Shown: positions 28,965-40,543, counted from the stretch's first letter. The stretch is DNA of 64,000 nt from Nitrospirota bacterium (GCA_016215115.1 JACRLN010000033.1:16279-80278), one strand, 5' to 3'. Translations and numbers: made by a program. Notes: generated by a model not told the origin, from the sequence alone.

Positions 28965-30280
28965 CTTGATTTGATCTTTTCCTGCCAGATCCTTGCCTTG
29001 TCCATAATTTCCGCTTCATCCATTGTAGAGGGCTTTCCATTTTCAACAACAATCTTCCCGTTCACCATAACAGTTTCAATATCTGAAGGACGCAGGCAAT
29101 AGGTTATGTGTGAATAAATATCGTAGAGCGGCATTAAATGAGGCTGTTCAAGATTTGCAATGATAAGGTCTGCTTTTTTCCCTGGTTTGATCGAACCTAT
29201 TTTGTCTCCGAGTCCCAATATTTCGGCTCCGTTTCTTGTAGCCATTAAAAGCGCTGTTTTACTGTCAAGGACTGTCGGGTCTCCGGAAACAGCTTTATGG
29301 ACCTTTGCAGCAGTAGACATTTCACCAAGTATGCTCAAATCATTATTGCTCGCAGCGCCGTCTGTGCCGAATGCAACCTTTACGCCTTCCTTTAACATCT
29401 TTGCAACAGGCGCAAAACCTGAGGCAAGTTTCAGATTGCTCTCAATACAATGAGCTACGCCTACTTTTTTCATTGCGAGTAATTCAATTTCCTTATCGGT
29501 AAGCCACACGCAGTGGGCTGCAGAAAGACGCTCTGAAAGCAGACCTATGTTTTCAAGGTACTCGACCGGTGTCTTGCCGTAACGTCTTTGACATTCAGCA
29601 ACTTCAAATTGGGTCTCTGCAAGATGCGTATGTATCGGGACCTTATATTTTTCCGACAGTGCATTGGCCCGTTTATAATTATCAGTGCCGCAGGTGTATG
29701 TTGCATGAGGCGCAATACAGGGAAATACAAATTCACTGGCCTTCCAGGCAGTAATAAGATTTTCAGCATTAATGAAATAATCGTCCACAGATTTAGCGTA
29801 TCCTGTAAATGCAAAATCAATAACGCCAGCTCCCAAAACTCCCCTCATTCCGAGCTTCTCAAGTTTTTTCCCTGCGGTATCCTGAAAAAAATACATATCG
29901 GTATAAGTGGTGACACCTGCCTTCAGCATCTCCAGACAGGCCAGTTCAACGGCATCATTTACGAAATCTTCATTCATCCATTTTCCTTCTGCAGGCCATA
30001 TATGGTTTTGCAACCATTCCATAAGCGGAAGGTCGTCTGCGAGTCCTCTGAAATAGACCATTGCTGCATGAGTGTGAGTATTTATCAAACCGGGGAATAC
30101 GACCTTATTCTTTCCGCTTAATAATTTTTGAGACGTATATTTTTTAGAAATATCGGCAAATATTCCCGCATCAATTATATCACTGCCGGTAACTGCTACG
30201 GCGCCGTCTTTAATAACGGAAAGGTCCCCTTCCATTGTGAGAAGGTAATCGGCCCTAATTATATAATCTACGTTTTGCAT
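28961..30280 (-). CDS. mtaD: MTA/SAH deaminase-type amidohydrolase
   Basis: NTHTH, HLAET, SNLKLASG, GTDGAASNN; likely start MQNVDY. Confidence 0.8.
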   Translation of the reverse strand: MQNVDYIIRADYLLTMEGDLSVIKDGAVAVTGSDIIDAGIFADISKKYTSQKLLSGKNKVVFPGLINTHTHAAMVYFRGLADDLPLMEWLQNHIWPAEGKWMNEDFVNDAVELACLEMLKAGVTTYTDMYFFQDTAGKKLEKLGMRGVLGAGVIDFAFTGYAKSVDDYFINAENLITAWKASEFVFPCIAPHATYTCGTDNYKRANALSEKYKVPIHTHLAETQFEVAECQRRYGKTPVEYLENIGLLSERLSAAHCVWLTDKEIELLAMKKVGVAHCIESNLKLASGFAPVAKMLKEGVKVAFGTDGAASNNDLSILGEMSTAAKVHKAVSGDPTVLDSKTALLMATRNGAEILGLGDKIGSIKPGKKADLIIANLEQPHLMPLYDIYSHITYCLRPSDIETVMVNGKIVVENGKPSTMDEAEIMDKARIWQEKIKSS

Positions 30281-30298
30281 ATGTTTGTCTTTCTTGTA

Positions 30299-30373
30299 TC
30301 CCCTCTTTGGCAAAGAGGGGCAAGGGGAGATTTTAAAAAATCCCCCTTCATCCCCCTTTTACAAAGGGGGAAA
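30299..30373. repeat. CCCC(C)TTT/AAAGGGG palindromic repeat doublet
   Basis: CCCCTCTTTGGCAAAGAGGGG and CCCCCTTTTACAAAGGGGG; same family as the insert in rlmN. Confidence 0.75.
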
Positions 30374-30381
30374 TGATGACT

Positions 30382-31401
30382 CTACGCCATTTCAATCAAT
30401 TTCTCTGCTATCTGCACGGCATTCAGCGCTGCGCCTTTTCTCAGATTATCAGCGGCTATCCATATATTGATTCCGTTTTCAATAGTCGTATCTTCCCTTA
30501 TTCTTCCGACGTAGACCTCATCCTTTCCGGCTGTAAGTGTGGGAAGGGGATAAACATTTTTTTCAGGCTCATCGTATACAAGCACACCTGGCGCTTTGGA
30601 AAGCAACGCCCTTACTGCATTCGCAGTGAGCTTCTTTTCCGTTTCGATGTTGATTGCTTCTGAATGACCTCTGAAAACCGGAACTCTTACAGTTGTAGCA
30701 GTGACCCTTATTGAATCGTCACCCATAATCTTTTTAGTTTCGTTTACCATTTTGATTTCTTCTTTTGTGTAACCGTCGTCCATAAACTTGTCAATGTGCG
30801 GAATGCAGTTGAAGGCAATCTGATGCGGATAGACAAGCGGCTTGATGTCTTTAAAGTTGAGTAAATCCGAAGTCTGGTTTAAAAGCTCATCCATCGCCTT
30901 TTTACCGGTACCTGAAACAGACTGGAAAGTTGTTACAACAACTCTTTTTATCTTTGCAGCATCGTGAATAGGCTTCAAAACAACAACCATTTGAATGGTT
31001 GAACAGTTGGGATTCGCAATGATTCCTTTGTGCCACTTTAAATCGTGAGTGTTCACTTCCGGTACAACCAGTGGCACTTTTGGATCCATTCTCCATGCGC
31101 TTGAATTATCTACAACAACACATCCTTCCTTTGTCGCAATTGGAGCGTAGTGAAGACTCCTTTCCCCTCCTGCAGAGAACAGGGCGATGTCTATTCCCTT
31201 GAAAACATTTTCAGTCAATATCTCAACAGTTACAGATTCGTCATGGAAACTTATTATTTTGCCTTCTGAACGTTCAGATGCAAAAAGCCTCAGTTTTTTC
31301 ACCGGGAAATTGCGTTCTTCAAGAACTTCAGCCATTTCATTTCCAACTGCACCTGTTGCACCGACAATGGCGACTACATACTTATCTTTTTTCTTTAACA
31401 T
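30382..31401 (-). CDS. asd: aspartate-semialdehyde dehydrogenase
   Basis: GATGAVG, NPNCSTIQ, DNLRKGAA. Confidence 0.97.
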   Translation of the reverse strand: MLKKKDKYVVAIVGATGAVGNEMAEVLEERNFPVKKLRLFASERSEGKIISFHDESVTVEILTENVFKGIDIALFSAGGERSLHYAPIATKEGCVVVDNSSAWRMDPKVPLVVPEVNTHDLKWHKGIIANPNCSTIQMVVVLKPIHDAAKIKRVVVTTFQSVSGTGKKAMDELLNQTSDLLNFKDIKPLVYPHQIAFNCIPHIDKFMDDGYTKEEIKMVNETKKIMGDDSIRVTATTVRVPVFRGHSEAINIETEKKLTANAVRALLSKAPGVLVYDEPEKNVYPLPTLTAGKDEVYVGRIREDTTIENGINIWIAADNLRKGAALNAVQIAEKLIEMA

Positions 31402-31416
31402 AGTGACTCCTGTATT

Positions 31417-32478
31417 TTATGAAAGATATTTTGCGACAAGGTCTCCCGCTTCTGTAGTGGTAAGGCCCATCTGTCCTGCTGCCAGGCTTTTTATATGTTT
31501 AGCTGTAACCTTTATCACGGCCTGTTCAACCGCCCTCCCGGCGTTTTCTTCGCCAAGATGCTCAAGCATCATACCTCCTGCACAGATAGCGGCAAGCGGG
31601 TTGATCATGTTTTTCCCTTTGTATTTAGGAGCAGAGCCGCCAATCGGTTCAAACATTGAAACGCCCTCAGGATTTATATTCCCTCCCGCGGCAATACCCA
31701 TCCCGCCCTGAATCATAGCGCCAAGGTCTGTGATAATATCGCCAAACATGTTGTCTGTTACGATTACATCAAACCATTCAGGATTTTTCACAAACCACAT
31801 CGTGATTGCATCTATATGAGCATAGTCCGGCTTTACATCCGGATACTCTTTTGCCACTTCATAAAAGGTCCTTTCCCATAGATCAAATGCGAATGTGAGG
31901 ACATTTGTTTTTCCGCAAAGGGTGAGCTTGTTCATCTTTTTTCTCTTCCTGCAATATTCAAAAGCAAAGCGAATGCATCGCTCGACGCCCTTTCTCGTGT
32001 TAATTGATTCCTGCACGGCTACTTCATCAGGTGTTCCTTTCTTAAGTACGCCTCCTGCGCCGGCATACAGCCCTTCTGTATTTTCTCTCACAACGACGAA
32101 ATCAATATGCTCAGGACCTTTATCTTTTAGAGGACATGCGACGCCGGGGTAGAGCTTGACGGGTCTAAGATTAATATACTGGTCCAATTCGAACCTCAAT
32201 CTTAACAGGATACCCTTTTCGAGTATTCCCGCTTTTACATCGGGATGTCCGATTGCTCCGAGATAAATTGCGTCATGTTTTTTAAGTTCTTCAATTGCAC
32301 CGTCAGGCAGTATTTCACCGGTCTTCAAATACCGTTCACCGCCAAAATCAAAATGTGTCAAATTAAGTTTAAACCCGAATTTCCCTGAAGCGGTTTGGAG
32401 TACTTTTAAACCTTCAGCAATAACCTCAGGACCTGTGCCGTCACCCGGTATGACTGCAATATTATATGTTTTTAACAT
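31417..32478 (-). CDS. leuB: 3-isopropylmalate dehydrogenase
   Basis: [28 protein letters not shown]. Confidence 0.9.
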   Translation of the reverse strand: MLKTYNIAVIPGDGTGPEVIAEGLKVLQTASGKFGFKLNLTHFDFGGERYLKTGEILPDGAIEELKKHDAIYLGAIGHPDVKAGILEKGILLRLRFELDQYINLRPVKLYPGVACPLKDKGPEHIDFVVVRENTEGLYAGAGGVLKKGTPDEVAVQESINTRKGVERCIRFAFEYCRKRKKMNKLTLCGKTNVLTFAFDLWERTFYEVAKEYPDVKPDYAHIDAITMWFVKNPEWFDVIVTDNMFGDIITDLGAMIQGGMGIAAGGNINPEGVSMFEPIGGSAPKYKGKNMINPLAAICAGGMMLEHLGEENAGRAVEQAVIKVTAKHIKSLAAGQMGLTTTEAGDLVAKYLS

Positions 32479-32539
32479 CTAACCTCCATCCTTAACTTAT
32501 AACTCAAAACTTATAACTCAAAACTCATAACTTCTTCAT

Positions 32540-32615
32540 TGGTAGTCCCAACGGGATTCGAACCCGTGTCTTAGCCTTGAGAGGGCTATGTCCTGGGCCT
32601 CTAGACGATGGGACC
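32540..32615 (-). tRNA. tRNA-Glu(CTC)
   Basis: GGTCCCATCGTCTAG...TAGCC CT CTC AA GGCTA...GTTCGAATCCC...CCA. Confidence 0.97.
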
Positions 32616-32718
32616 AGTAAAGATAGCAATCAGCAATCAGCGTTCAGCAATCAGCAAAAAAAACAAACAAGAAATTTCAAGCTGAAAGCTGATAGCTAAT
32701 AGCTGATAGCTGTTTTTT

Positions 32719-32792
32719 TGGCTGGGGAGAGAGGATTCGAACCCCTATAAGCAGATCCAGAGTCTGCCGTCCTGCCGTTGGACGACTCCCCA
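32719..32792 (-). tRNA. tRNA-Gln(CTG)
   Basis: TGGGGAGTCGTCCAACGG...GCAGA CT CTG GA TCTGC...GTTCGAATCC...GCCA. Confidence 0.97.
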
Positions 32793-32920
32793 ATTTCCTC
32801 GGTTAAAGCATCCGTTTATATTACCCGTTTTGTGAATCTCCGTCAATATACGGTATTTTAGAAATTAACCACAGAGGACACGGAGGAAAATGAGCAATGA
32901 TGAATGAGTAATGCATAATT

Positions 32921-33090
32921 AAAGTCTGTCCATAAAGTCAAACACTGAAGCGTCATTCCCGCAGTCTGTTGAGCGGGAATCCAGTTTTTATAATAAGTTC
33001 TGGATTCCGGCTTAAGCCTGTCCCCGAGGGTAGTAATCGGGGAGACTGCAGGAATGACAGACAGACAAACCCGGTTTATGGACAGAGTCT
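32921..33090. mobile_element. MITE family C
   Basis: TIR AGTCTGTCCATAAA/TTTATGGACAGA, TAATT/AATTA flanks; related to 57163-57333. Confidence 0.85.
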
Positions 33091-33141
33091 AATTATGGTA
33101 AGATAAACTATTATTTTTTCTAAAAAGGGAAGGGAGACTAT

Positions 33142-34083
33142 ATGAAGAGAATACTCGTTACCGGCGGTGCGGGATTCCTCGGCTCGCATCTATGCGGCAG
33201 ATTGCTTAAAGAAGGGCATGAAGTCATATGCGTTGATAATTTCTACACGGGCCGTCGTTCAAATATTGTGAGTTTCCTCAATAACCCTTTATTTGAGATA
33301 ATCAGACATGATATCTGTTTTCCTTTATATGCTGAAGTAGATGAAATATATAATCTTGCCTGTCCTGCATCTCCGGTCCATTATCAGTTTGACCCAGTGC
33401 AGACAACGAAGACATCGGTGCACGGCGCTATTAATATGCTTGGACTTGCGAAGAGGATCAAAGCAAAAATCTTTCAGGCGTCAACTTCCGAGGTTTACGG
33501 CGATCCAAAAGTTCATCCGCAGACAGAGGCTTATTGGGGAAATGTAAATCCTATCGGTTATCGTTCTTGCTATGATGAAGGCAAAAGGTGCGCTGAAACT
33601 CTTTTCTTTGATTATTACCGCCAGCATAAGCTGAAAATAAAGGTTGCGAGGATATTTAATACTTACGGACCAAGAATGCATCCGAATGACGGCCGTGTTG
33701 TGAGCAACTTCATTATGCAGGCCTTGCATGGAGAGCCTATTACTGTTTACGGTGATGGAAGTCAGACAAGGAGTTTTTGCTATGTGGATGATATGATCGA
33801 GGGGTTTATAAGATTCATGAACTCTGCTGATGATTTTACAGGTCCGGTGAATCTCGGAAATCCCGGTGAATTCACAATACTTGAGCTTGCTGAAAAGGTC
33901 ATAAAACTAACCAAATCAAGGTCCAGAATAATCTACAAACCGTTGCCGCAAGATGATCCCATACAGCGTCAGCCCAACATAAAATTAGCCAAAAGTAAAC
34001 TCAAATGGGAACCGAAGGTAAACCTGGAAGAAGGGCTTAAGGAGACGATTAAATATTTCAGGAAATTAAAAATTGATCCATAA
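33142..34083 (+). CDS. UDP-glucuronate decarboxylase (UDP-xylose synthase)
   Basis: [29 protein letters not shown]. Confidence 0.92.
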   Translation: MKRILVTGGAGFLGSHLCGRLLKEGHEVICVDNFYTGRRSNIVSFLNNPLFEIIRHDICFPLYAEVDEIYNLACPASPVHYQFDPVQTTKTSVHGAINMLGLAKRIKAKIFQASTSEVYGDPKVHPQTEAYWGNVNPIGYRSCYDEGKRCAETLFFDYYRQHKLKIKVARIFNTYGPRMHPNDGRVVSNFIMQALHGEPITVYGDGSQTRSFCYVDDMIEGFIRFMNSADDFTGPVNLGNPGEFTILELAEKVIKLTKSRSRIIYKPLPQDDPIQRQPNIKLAKSKLKWEPKVNLEEGLKETIKYFRKLKIDP

Positions 34084-34098
34084 AATTTAAAGTATCTT

Positions 34099-36792
34099 TT
34101 GAAAAATATATCTTTAAACATTGATGGTAAAAACATTAAGACTGTAGAGCGGAAAACAGTTCTTAATGTTGCGAGAGAAAATGGAATCTACATCCCCACC
34201 CTCTGTTATCATCCCCGTACCAAACAGGCAGGCAAATGCAGAATATGTGTTGTTGAAGTAAAAGGACTGCCCGGCTTGCGAGTCTCCTGTTCACTCGAAG
34301 CAAAAGACGGAATGGAAGTGCTTACAAATACCGGAAGAATTATTGAAACAAGGAAGATGATAGTCGAATTGTATTTGTCGAGCGGCAGACATAACTGTAT
34401 CTCATGTGAAGGAAGTGGTACATGCGAGCTGCAGGATGCTGCATATCATCTCGGTATAGAGAAGTCCAGTTTCCCTAATATGACAAAAGATATTCCGATT
34501 GATACGTCAAGCCCGATGATAATCAGGGATATGAACAAGTGTATCCAGTGCTACAGGTGTATTGCCGGATGCAATGATATAGCAGTCAATGAAGTCCTGG
34601 ATATGGGATTTCGCAGCAGCCGGATGACAGTGGTCTGTGATACAAACAAGCCCATGGGAAAATCTTCGTGTGTGATATGCGGGGAATGCGTGCAGCTCTG
34701 TCCCACAGGCGCATTGACAGAGAGAAAATCTGCCACAAAGGGGAGGGACTGGGAGACAGGGAAGATAAAGACTACATGTCCTTATTGCGGAGTCGGATGC
34801 CAGATGTATCTGCATGTCAGGGATAACGAAATTATAAAAGTAACAGGCGCGGAAGACACCGCTCCCAATTACGGCAGTTTATGTATAAAAGGAAGATTCG
34901 GGTATGATTTTGTTCATTCTCATGAACGGCTGCGGTCACCTCTTTTGAGAAAAAATGGAGAGTTTGCGGAAGTAAGCTGGGAAGATGCGCTGGATTTTAC
35001 TGCAAAAAAACTTCTGGAGATTAAAAAAAATCATGGTCCTGAATCAATTGTCGGGATCGGTTGTGCCCGGACCACGAATGAGAATAACTATGTCATGATG
35101 AAATTTATGCGTGCAGTAATAGGCACCAACAATGTTGACCATTGTGCCCGAACCTGACATGCTCCCACTGTAGCCGGTCTGGCTGCAACGTTGGGTGCAG
35201 GCGCAATGACAAATTCTATCGGTGAAATCGAAAACAGCCCTGTCATTTTTATAATCGGTTCCAATACTACAGAGACCCATCCTGTCATTGCCAACAGCAT
35301 GAAAAGGGCGGCAAAAAGAGGCAGCCGGCTTATCATCGCAGACCCGAGAAAAATTGACCTTACACGCTGGGCTACAAGGCATTATCAGCATAAGGTAGGC
35401 TCTGATATAGCGCTTCTGAATTCAGTGATGTACGAGATTATAAAAAATGAATGGCATGACAGAGAGTTTATAAAAAAATATACTGAAGGCTTTGATGAAC
35501 TGGAAAAGACGGTAAGTGAATATCCTCCTGAGCGTGTTTTTGAAATATGCGGAATTCCGGCAGATGATATAAGAGAACTTGCTATGATACTCGGCATGGC
35601 TGAGAGGGTTGCGCTCTATTACACCCTCGGTATTACCGAGCATATCACCGGAACGGATAACGTTAAAACCTGTGCAAACCTCCAGATGCTTCTCGGAAAT
35701 ATAGGGAAAGAATATACCGGTGTTAATCCATTGAGAGGGCAGAACAATGTTCAGGGCGCATGTGATATGGGCGTGCTTCCGGATGTTTTTACAGACTACC
35801 AGAAGGTATCAAACCCCGTGGTAAGAGAGAACTTTGCAAGAGCATGGAGTGTTGAATCACTTCCGGATATGGAAGGCACCAAAATTCCTGCTATGTTTGA
35901 CGGTATGCTGCACGGTGACATCAGAGCGCTCTATCTCGTTGGAGAAAATGTGATAATGTCGGAGCCCAATCAGTCGCATACAATAAAGGCGCTTGAGCAA
36001 CTTGATCTTCTCATTGTGCAGGATATTTTCTTTAATGAAACGGCAAAGTATGCGCATGTTATATTGCCTGCTGCGTGTTTTGCCGAGACAGAAGGGACCT
36101 TTACAAATACTGAAAGGCGTATTCAGCGTGTGAGAAAAGCTGTTGAGCCTCCGGGTCAGGCGAAAGAAGATTGGTGGATTATAAGCGAGCTTGCAAAGAG
36201 GATGGGTTATGCTATGGGATACACATTGACAGAACAGATATGGGAAGAAATTCGTAAATTAACTCCGAGCATGTCCGGTATTACATATGAAAGGATTGAA
36301 CGTGAGGGAATTCAGTGGCCCTGTCCGGACCTTAATCATGCAGGAACATGTTATCTGTACTGTGATAATGTATTCCCCTGCGGCAAGGCTAAATTTCAGC
36401 CTGCTCAATGGAAACCGGCGGCAGAGGTTCCTGACAGTGAATATCCGTTTGTGCTTACAACGGGCAGAAGACTATGGCATTACCATACCGGGACACAAAC
36501 CAGAAGGTCTGCAGGATTTGATGATGTTTTTCCTGAAGAGTTAATCGAAGTAAACGGAAAAGACGCCGGGAAGTTGGATATAAAGAACGGTGATCATATA
36601 TGGGTAGTTTCACGCAGAGGAAGGGTAAGAGTAAAAACATGGGTAACAAGCAGGGTTTCCCCGGGCTTGTGCTTTATGACCTTTCACTTTCATGAAGCAT
36701 GTGCAAATGTGTTGACGAATAACGCCTTTGATCCAGTTGCAGGAACTGCCGAATATAAGGTATGCGCGGTACGGTTGGAGAAGGAGGAGTAA
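34099..36792 (+). CDS. fdhF: selenocysteine-containing formate dehydrogenase alpha subunit (897 aa, N-terminal NuoG-like Fe-S domains)
   Basis: the two track ORFs are one frame joined by TGA 35155-35157 in DHCART-U-HAPTVAGL; CPYCGVGC; LRGQNNVQG. Confidence 0.93.
35164..35195 (+). promoter_or_regulatory. bacterial SECIS element
   Basis: hairpin TGTAGCC-GGTCT-GGCTGCA immediately 3' of the in-frame UGA. Confidence 0.8.
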
Positions 36793-36842
36793 AGGGTAAG
36801 AAGTAAGGAGTAAGGGGTAAGGAGAACGCCTTAATTATTATT

Positions 36843-36972
36843 AAGGAGTTCATAAGTAAGCATACATAAGCGTCATTCCCGCAGTCTGTTGAGCGGGAAT
36901 CCAGAAAGGAACTGGATGCCCGCTTACTACCTGCGGGCATGACAAACGTGTCTTCATACTAATGAACTGATT
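36843..36972. mobile_element. MITE family A (inverted copy of 3361-3485)
   Basis: near-identical reverse complement. Confidence 0.85.
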
Positions 36973-36985
36973 CATAATTAATAAA

Positions 36986-37465
36986 ATGGACGATAAGATA
37001 AAAAAACTTATAATTAAGTTAGCACACAGGTTTCCCAGGAAAGAATCTGCTCTTTTGCCGGCACTTTCACTTATTCAGAAAAGAAACGGATGTATTACCG
37101 AAGATGATTTGATGGAAATTGCAAACATAATGAATATCCCGCAGGCGCGTGTCTTCAGTGCAGCAAGTTTTTATACGATGCTCAGTTTAAAAAAGATAGG
37201 CAAGTATCATATTCAGGTTTGTACAAATGTTGTTTGCTCACTGCTTGATGGAGAATCACTAATAGATTACGTTTCAGGAAAACTTGGTATTCAGGAAGGT
37301 GAGGTAACACCGGACGGATTATTCAGCATCGCATCTGTAGAGTGTCTGGGTTCATGCGGACATGCTCCGGCAATACTAATCAATATGGCTCATTATGAGA
37401 ATATGGATTTAAAGAAAATTGATAAGATAATTGATTCCCTTAAAAAAGGGGAATGGCGGGGATAA
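36986..37465 (+). CDS. NuoE-like [2Fe-2S] subunit
   Basis: VCTNVVC, ECLGSC. Confidence 0.9.
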   Translation: MDDKIKKLIIKLAHRFPRKESALLPALSLIQKRNGCITEDDLMEIANIMNIPQARVFSAASFYTMLSLKKIGKYHIQVCTNVVCSLLDGESLIDYVSGKLGIQEGEVTPDGLFSIASVECLGSCGHAPAILINMAHYENMDLKKIDKIIDSLKKGEWRG

Positions 37466-38703
37466 TGAATAATATTTTGTTATCCAAAAAGGGCATAATT
37501 GATTTACATTCCCTTAAAAAATATATCGCTCATGGCGGATATGAGGCGCTCAAAAAAGCCCTTTCCATGCCCCCGGAGAATATCATTTCGATGGTTATTG
37601 AGTCAGGACTCAGGGGGAGAGGCGGCGCGGGTTTTCCTGCCGGGATGAAATGGAAATTTCTGCCTAAAGAGAGAGAAATAACAAAATATCTTATCTGCAA
37701 TGCTGATGAAGGGGAGCCGGGCACTTTCAAGGACAGGCAGATTATGGAATTTGACCCGCATCTCTTAATCGAAGGGATGACTATTACAGCATATGCAATC
37801 GGGGCCTGCAGGGGTTTTATCTATATAAGGGGCGAATACGACTGGATAGCAAAGGTACTTATAAGGGCGCTTAAAGAGGCGGAGGACCATGGTTTCAGCG
37901 GGGACTACATATTGGGAACCGATTATCAGTTTTGTATAGATGTTTTCAGGGGAGCCGGTTCGTATATATGCGGTGAAGAAACAGCCCTTTTAGAATCAAT
38001 CGAGGGAAAGGCAGGCAGACCGAGACTGAAGCCGCCGTTTCCGGCAACTTTCGGACTTTACGGCAAACCGACTGTAGTTCAAAATGTTGCGACTCTCTCT
38101 TCTATCCCGTTTATCGTTAATAACGGCCCTGATGCTTTTAAGACCTTTGGGAAACCGAGAAATTATGGAACTATGCTTTTCGGCATATGCGGTCATGTTA
38201 ATAAACCGGGTGTTTATGAATATCCTATGGGTACGTCTCTGAAAAAACTGATATATGAAGTTGCAGGTGGAATCAAGGGCAACAAGGGTTTAAAGGCGGT
38301 GATCCCCGGAGGACTTTCCGCTCCGATTCTGAAGGCAGATGAAATAGATATTGAGATGGATTTTGATTCCCTCATTGCCGCAGGTTCGATACTGGGGACG
38401 GGAGGGATTATTGTGCTTGATGAGAATGTTTCCATACCCTTTGTTGCGCAAAAGGCGGCAAAGTTCTTTGCCCATGAATCATGTGGACAATGCACTCCCT
38501 GCCGTGAAGGCACAAACATAATTAAATTCCTTATAGACCGAATAGCAGCAGGCGAGGGCAGTTTGACAGACATTGAGCAGGTTCTGAGATTATGCCGCTG
38601 CATAAAAGGTTCCACCCTGTGCGCAATGGGCGATACAGCAGCATTTTCAATCGAGACGATGGTGAAGAAGTTCAGAGGGGAATTTGAGTCGCTTGTGAAA
38701 TGA
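37453..38703 (+). CDS. NuoF-like NADH-binding FMN subunit
   Basis: GRGGAGFP, NADEGEPG, YICGEET, ESCGQCTPCREG. Confidence 0.93.
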   Translation: MAGIMNNILLSKKGIIDLHSLKKYIAHGGYEALKKALSMPPENIISMVIESGLRGRGGAGFPAGMKWKFLPKEREITKYLICNADEGEPGTFKDRQIMEFDPHLLIEGMTITAYAIGACRGFIYIRGEYDWIAKVLIRALKEAEDHGFSGDYILGTDYQFCIDVFRGAGSYICGEETALLESIEGKAGRPRLKPPFPATFGLYGKPTVVQNVATLSSIPFIVNNGPDAFKTFGKPRNYGTMLFGICGHVNKPGVYEYPMGTSLKKLIYEVAGGIKGNKGLKAVIPGGLSAPILKADEIDIEMDFDSLIAAGSILGTGGIIVLDENVSIPFVAQKAAKFFAHESCGQCTPCREGTNIIKFLIDRIAAGEGSLTDIEQVLRLCRCIKGSTLCAMGDTAAFSIETMVKKFRGEFESLVK

Positions 38704-38712
38704 GAATAATGT

Positions 38713-39351
38713 TTACGGCGGGTTTATGAGGAGAGAATCTTCCCTCCCGCCTTTGATGATTACTTTTCTGCCTTCTACGGAAATCCTGCCTTCAGAATAA
38801 AGTCTAATGGCATACGGAAAGATTTTGTGTTCCTGTTTAAGTATCCGTTCAGACAAAGTGTCTTCTGTATCATCGTGATACACGGGTACCGCCGCCTGGA
38901 TTATTATCGCTCCGGTATCCATACCTTCATCAACAAAATGCACTGTGCATCCTGAAATCTTGACTCCATAATCAACCGCCTGTTTTTGTCCGTGAAGTCC
39001 CGGAAATGAAGGGAGCAGGGCAGGGTGGATATTCATTATTTTATTACGATACTGGTCTATGAGCGCTTTTCCGACTACTCTCATAAAGCCTGCCAATATT
39101 ACTAATTCAACGCCTCTCATTTTCAGTTCCTCAGCAATACAGGAATAGTATGCGTTTTTGTCAGTGAAATCTTTCGGCTTTAAGACGAGTGATTCGATGT
39201 TATGCTTTTTTGCCCGTTCAATGGCATAAGCATCTGGATTATCGGTTATCAGGACAGCGATTTTTGCCTTGAGAAAGCCGGAATCAATGCTGTCAATGAT
39301 TGACTGGAAATTTGAGCCTCTGCCTGAGGCGAGAACGCCGATAGTAAGCAT
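38713..39351 (-). CDS. purN: phosphoribosylglycinamide formyltransferase
   Basis: SGRGSN, NIHPALLP, DTGAII. Confidence 0.97.
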   Translation of the reverse strand: MLTIGVLASGRGSNFQSIIDSIDSGFLKAKIAVLITDNPDAYAIERAKKHNIESLVLKPKDFTDKNAYYSCIAEELKMRGVELVILAGFMRVVGKALIDQYRNKIMNIHPALLPSFPGLHGQKQAVDYGVKISGCTVHFVDEGMDTGAIIIQAAVPVYHDDTEDTLSERILKQEHKIFPYAIRLYSEGRISVEGRKVIIKGGREDSLLINPP

Positions 39352-39452
39352 GGGTAATTATAAACAAAACAGAGTAAACCGTCCACCGTGTCCGTAATCC
39401 GTGTCCGTTTTGTCTTTCACGGACACGCTAACCGGTCACGTTCCACGGTCTT

Positions 39453-39677
39453 TTACAGCCTCATATCCCTGTCAATCATTGGCTTGAAAGGCTTTGGTTC
39501 GTGGTTGATGAATTCGTTGAATTGCTGTACAAATTCAATATAAGCATCAAAGTCCACTACACCGTTCTTGACAAAAGGAGACTGCCATTGCGAGCTCAGC
39601 ATTTCCATGTCTTTCCTCAGTTCTTCAGATTTACCGAGTTCGACAAGCTCTTTTTCTGCCCTTTCAGACAGTTTCAT
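39453..39677 (-). CDS. small hypothetical protein coupled to the nucleotidyltransferase
   Basis: starts 1 nt after the upstream stop, with a GGAG SD. Confidence 0.65.
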   Translation of the reverse strand: MKLSERAEKELVELGKSEELRKDMEMLSSQWQSPFVKNGVVDFDAYIEFVQQFNEFINHEPKPFKPMIDRDMRL

Positions 39678-39678
39678 C

Positions 39679-40221
39679 TCAGTCTCCTCTTAATCTTTTA
39701 TATTCATCTTCCATGTTAAAAATATTGCAATATTTCTCCAGCAGCTCCCAGTCAAGGTTTTTCCTGTTTGCCGAAACGAGAAGCTCTATATCCGGCATGT
39801 CGATCTTTTCCCTTGAAGGATTATTATAAATAGCCTGAATCTTCAATCCGATAATATCCTCCGGTATCAGTGTTTTAATTTTTAACATTCCGCTGAAAAT
39901 ATCTTTCTCTACTGCCCGCTGAAGCATTTCAACGCTTGCTTCTCTGAAAGCATGGATAAAGTCTATCCCGCCGAAAACTTTTAAAGGAGAAGTATATTGT
40001 GAAACATTTTCAGTTTTCTGATGAACTTCGTAACCAAGGGCGGTTACTATTCCGTGAACCTTTTGCATGTCGTTCCGATGCACAAGAAAATCCAGATCAA
40101 CGGTTGACCTTGAGCCTCCCCACAATCCCATCGCAAACCCGCCTATAAGGCCATAACGTATGCTATCTTTTTCAAATGCCGTCAGGAGTTTTTGCAGGAT
40201 GAGTTTAAAATCCATTTGCAC
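39679..40221 (-). CDS. nucleotidyltransferase-fold protein (AbiEii/DUF6036-like)
   Basis: IGGFA..RSTVDLD, IDF, PEDIIGLK. Confidence 0.8.
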   Translation of the reverse strand: MQMDFKLILQKLLTAFEKDSIRYGLIGGFAMGLWGGSRSTVDLDFLVHRNDMQKVHGIVTALGYEVHQKTENVSQYTSPLKVFGGIDFIHAFREASVEMLQRAVEKDIFSGMLKIKTLIPEDIIGLKIQAIYNNPSREKIDMPDIELLVSANRKNLDWELLEKYCNIFNMEDEYKRLRGD

Positions 40222-40303
40222 AATATTTTATCAGTGCGGCGTTATAATTGCCATTTCTTTTTTAATGAGATTATTAAGTTTCGTGTTCGATGAAGTGATT
40301 CTA

Positions 40304-40543
40304 TCAGGCGCTCTTTTTATAATGTGCGGCATACCAATCTATAACCTGCCGGATCATCTTTTGATAGGAAGTATGGTGTTTTTTGGCCGCTTTTTTGAAA
40401 AAATCGATACTCTCCTTTTTTAAAGAGATTGTTATCTTAATGTTTTCTTCTTTCAATACAAGTTGATCAGGTCGAGGAAGAAAGTCTTTAATTACTTTTA
40501 ACTCCCCCATCGGCTCTTCAGTATATTTTATTTTTTTCTTCAT
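40304..40543 (-). CDS. BrnA/CopG-like antitoxin
   Basis: DFLPRPDQL..KITISL..YQKMIR (RHH); overlaps the toxin gene. Confidence 0.8.
   Translation of the reverse strand: MKKKIKYTEEPMGELKVIKDFLPRPDQLVLKEENIKITISLKKESIDFFKKAAKKHHTSYQKMIRQVIDWYAAHYKKSA

Noticed and set aside
35155-35157. Nonsense mutation making fdh a pseudogene
   Set aside because: The UGA is at the catalytic Sec/Cys position and is followed by a SECIS hairpin.
36986-38703. Respiratory complex I operon
   Set aside because: No other nuo genes are nearby and the genes follow fdh directly.
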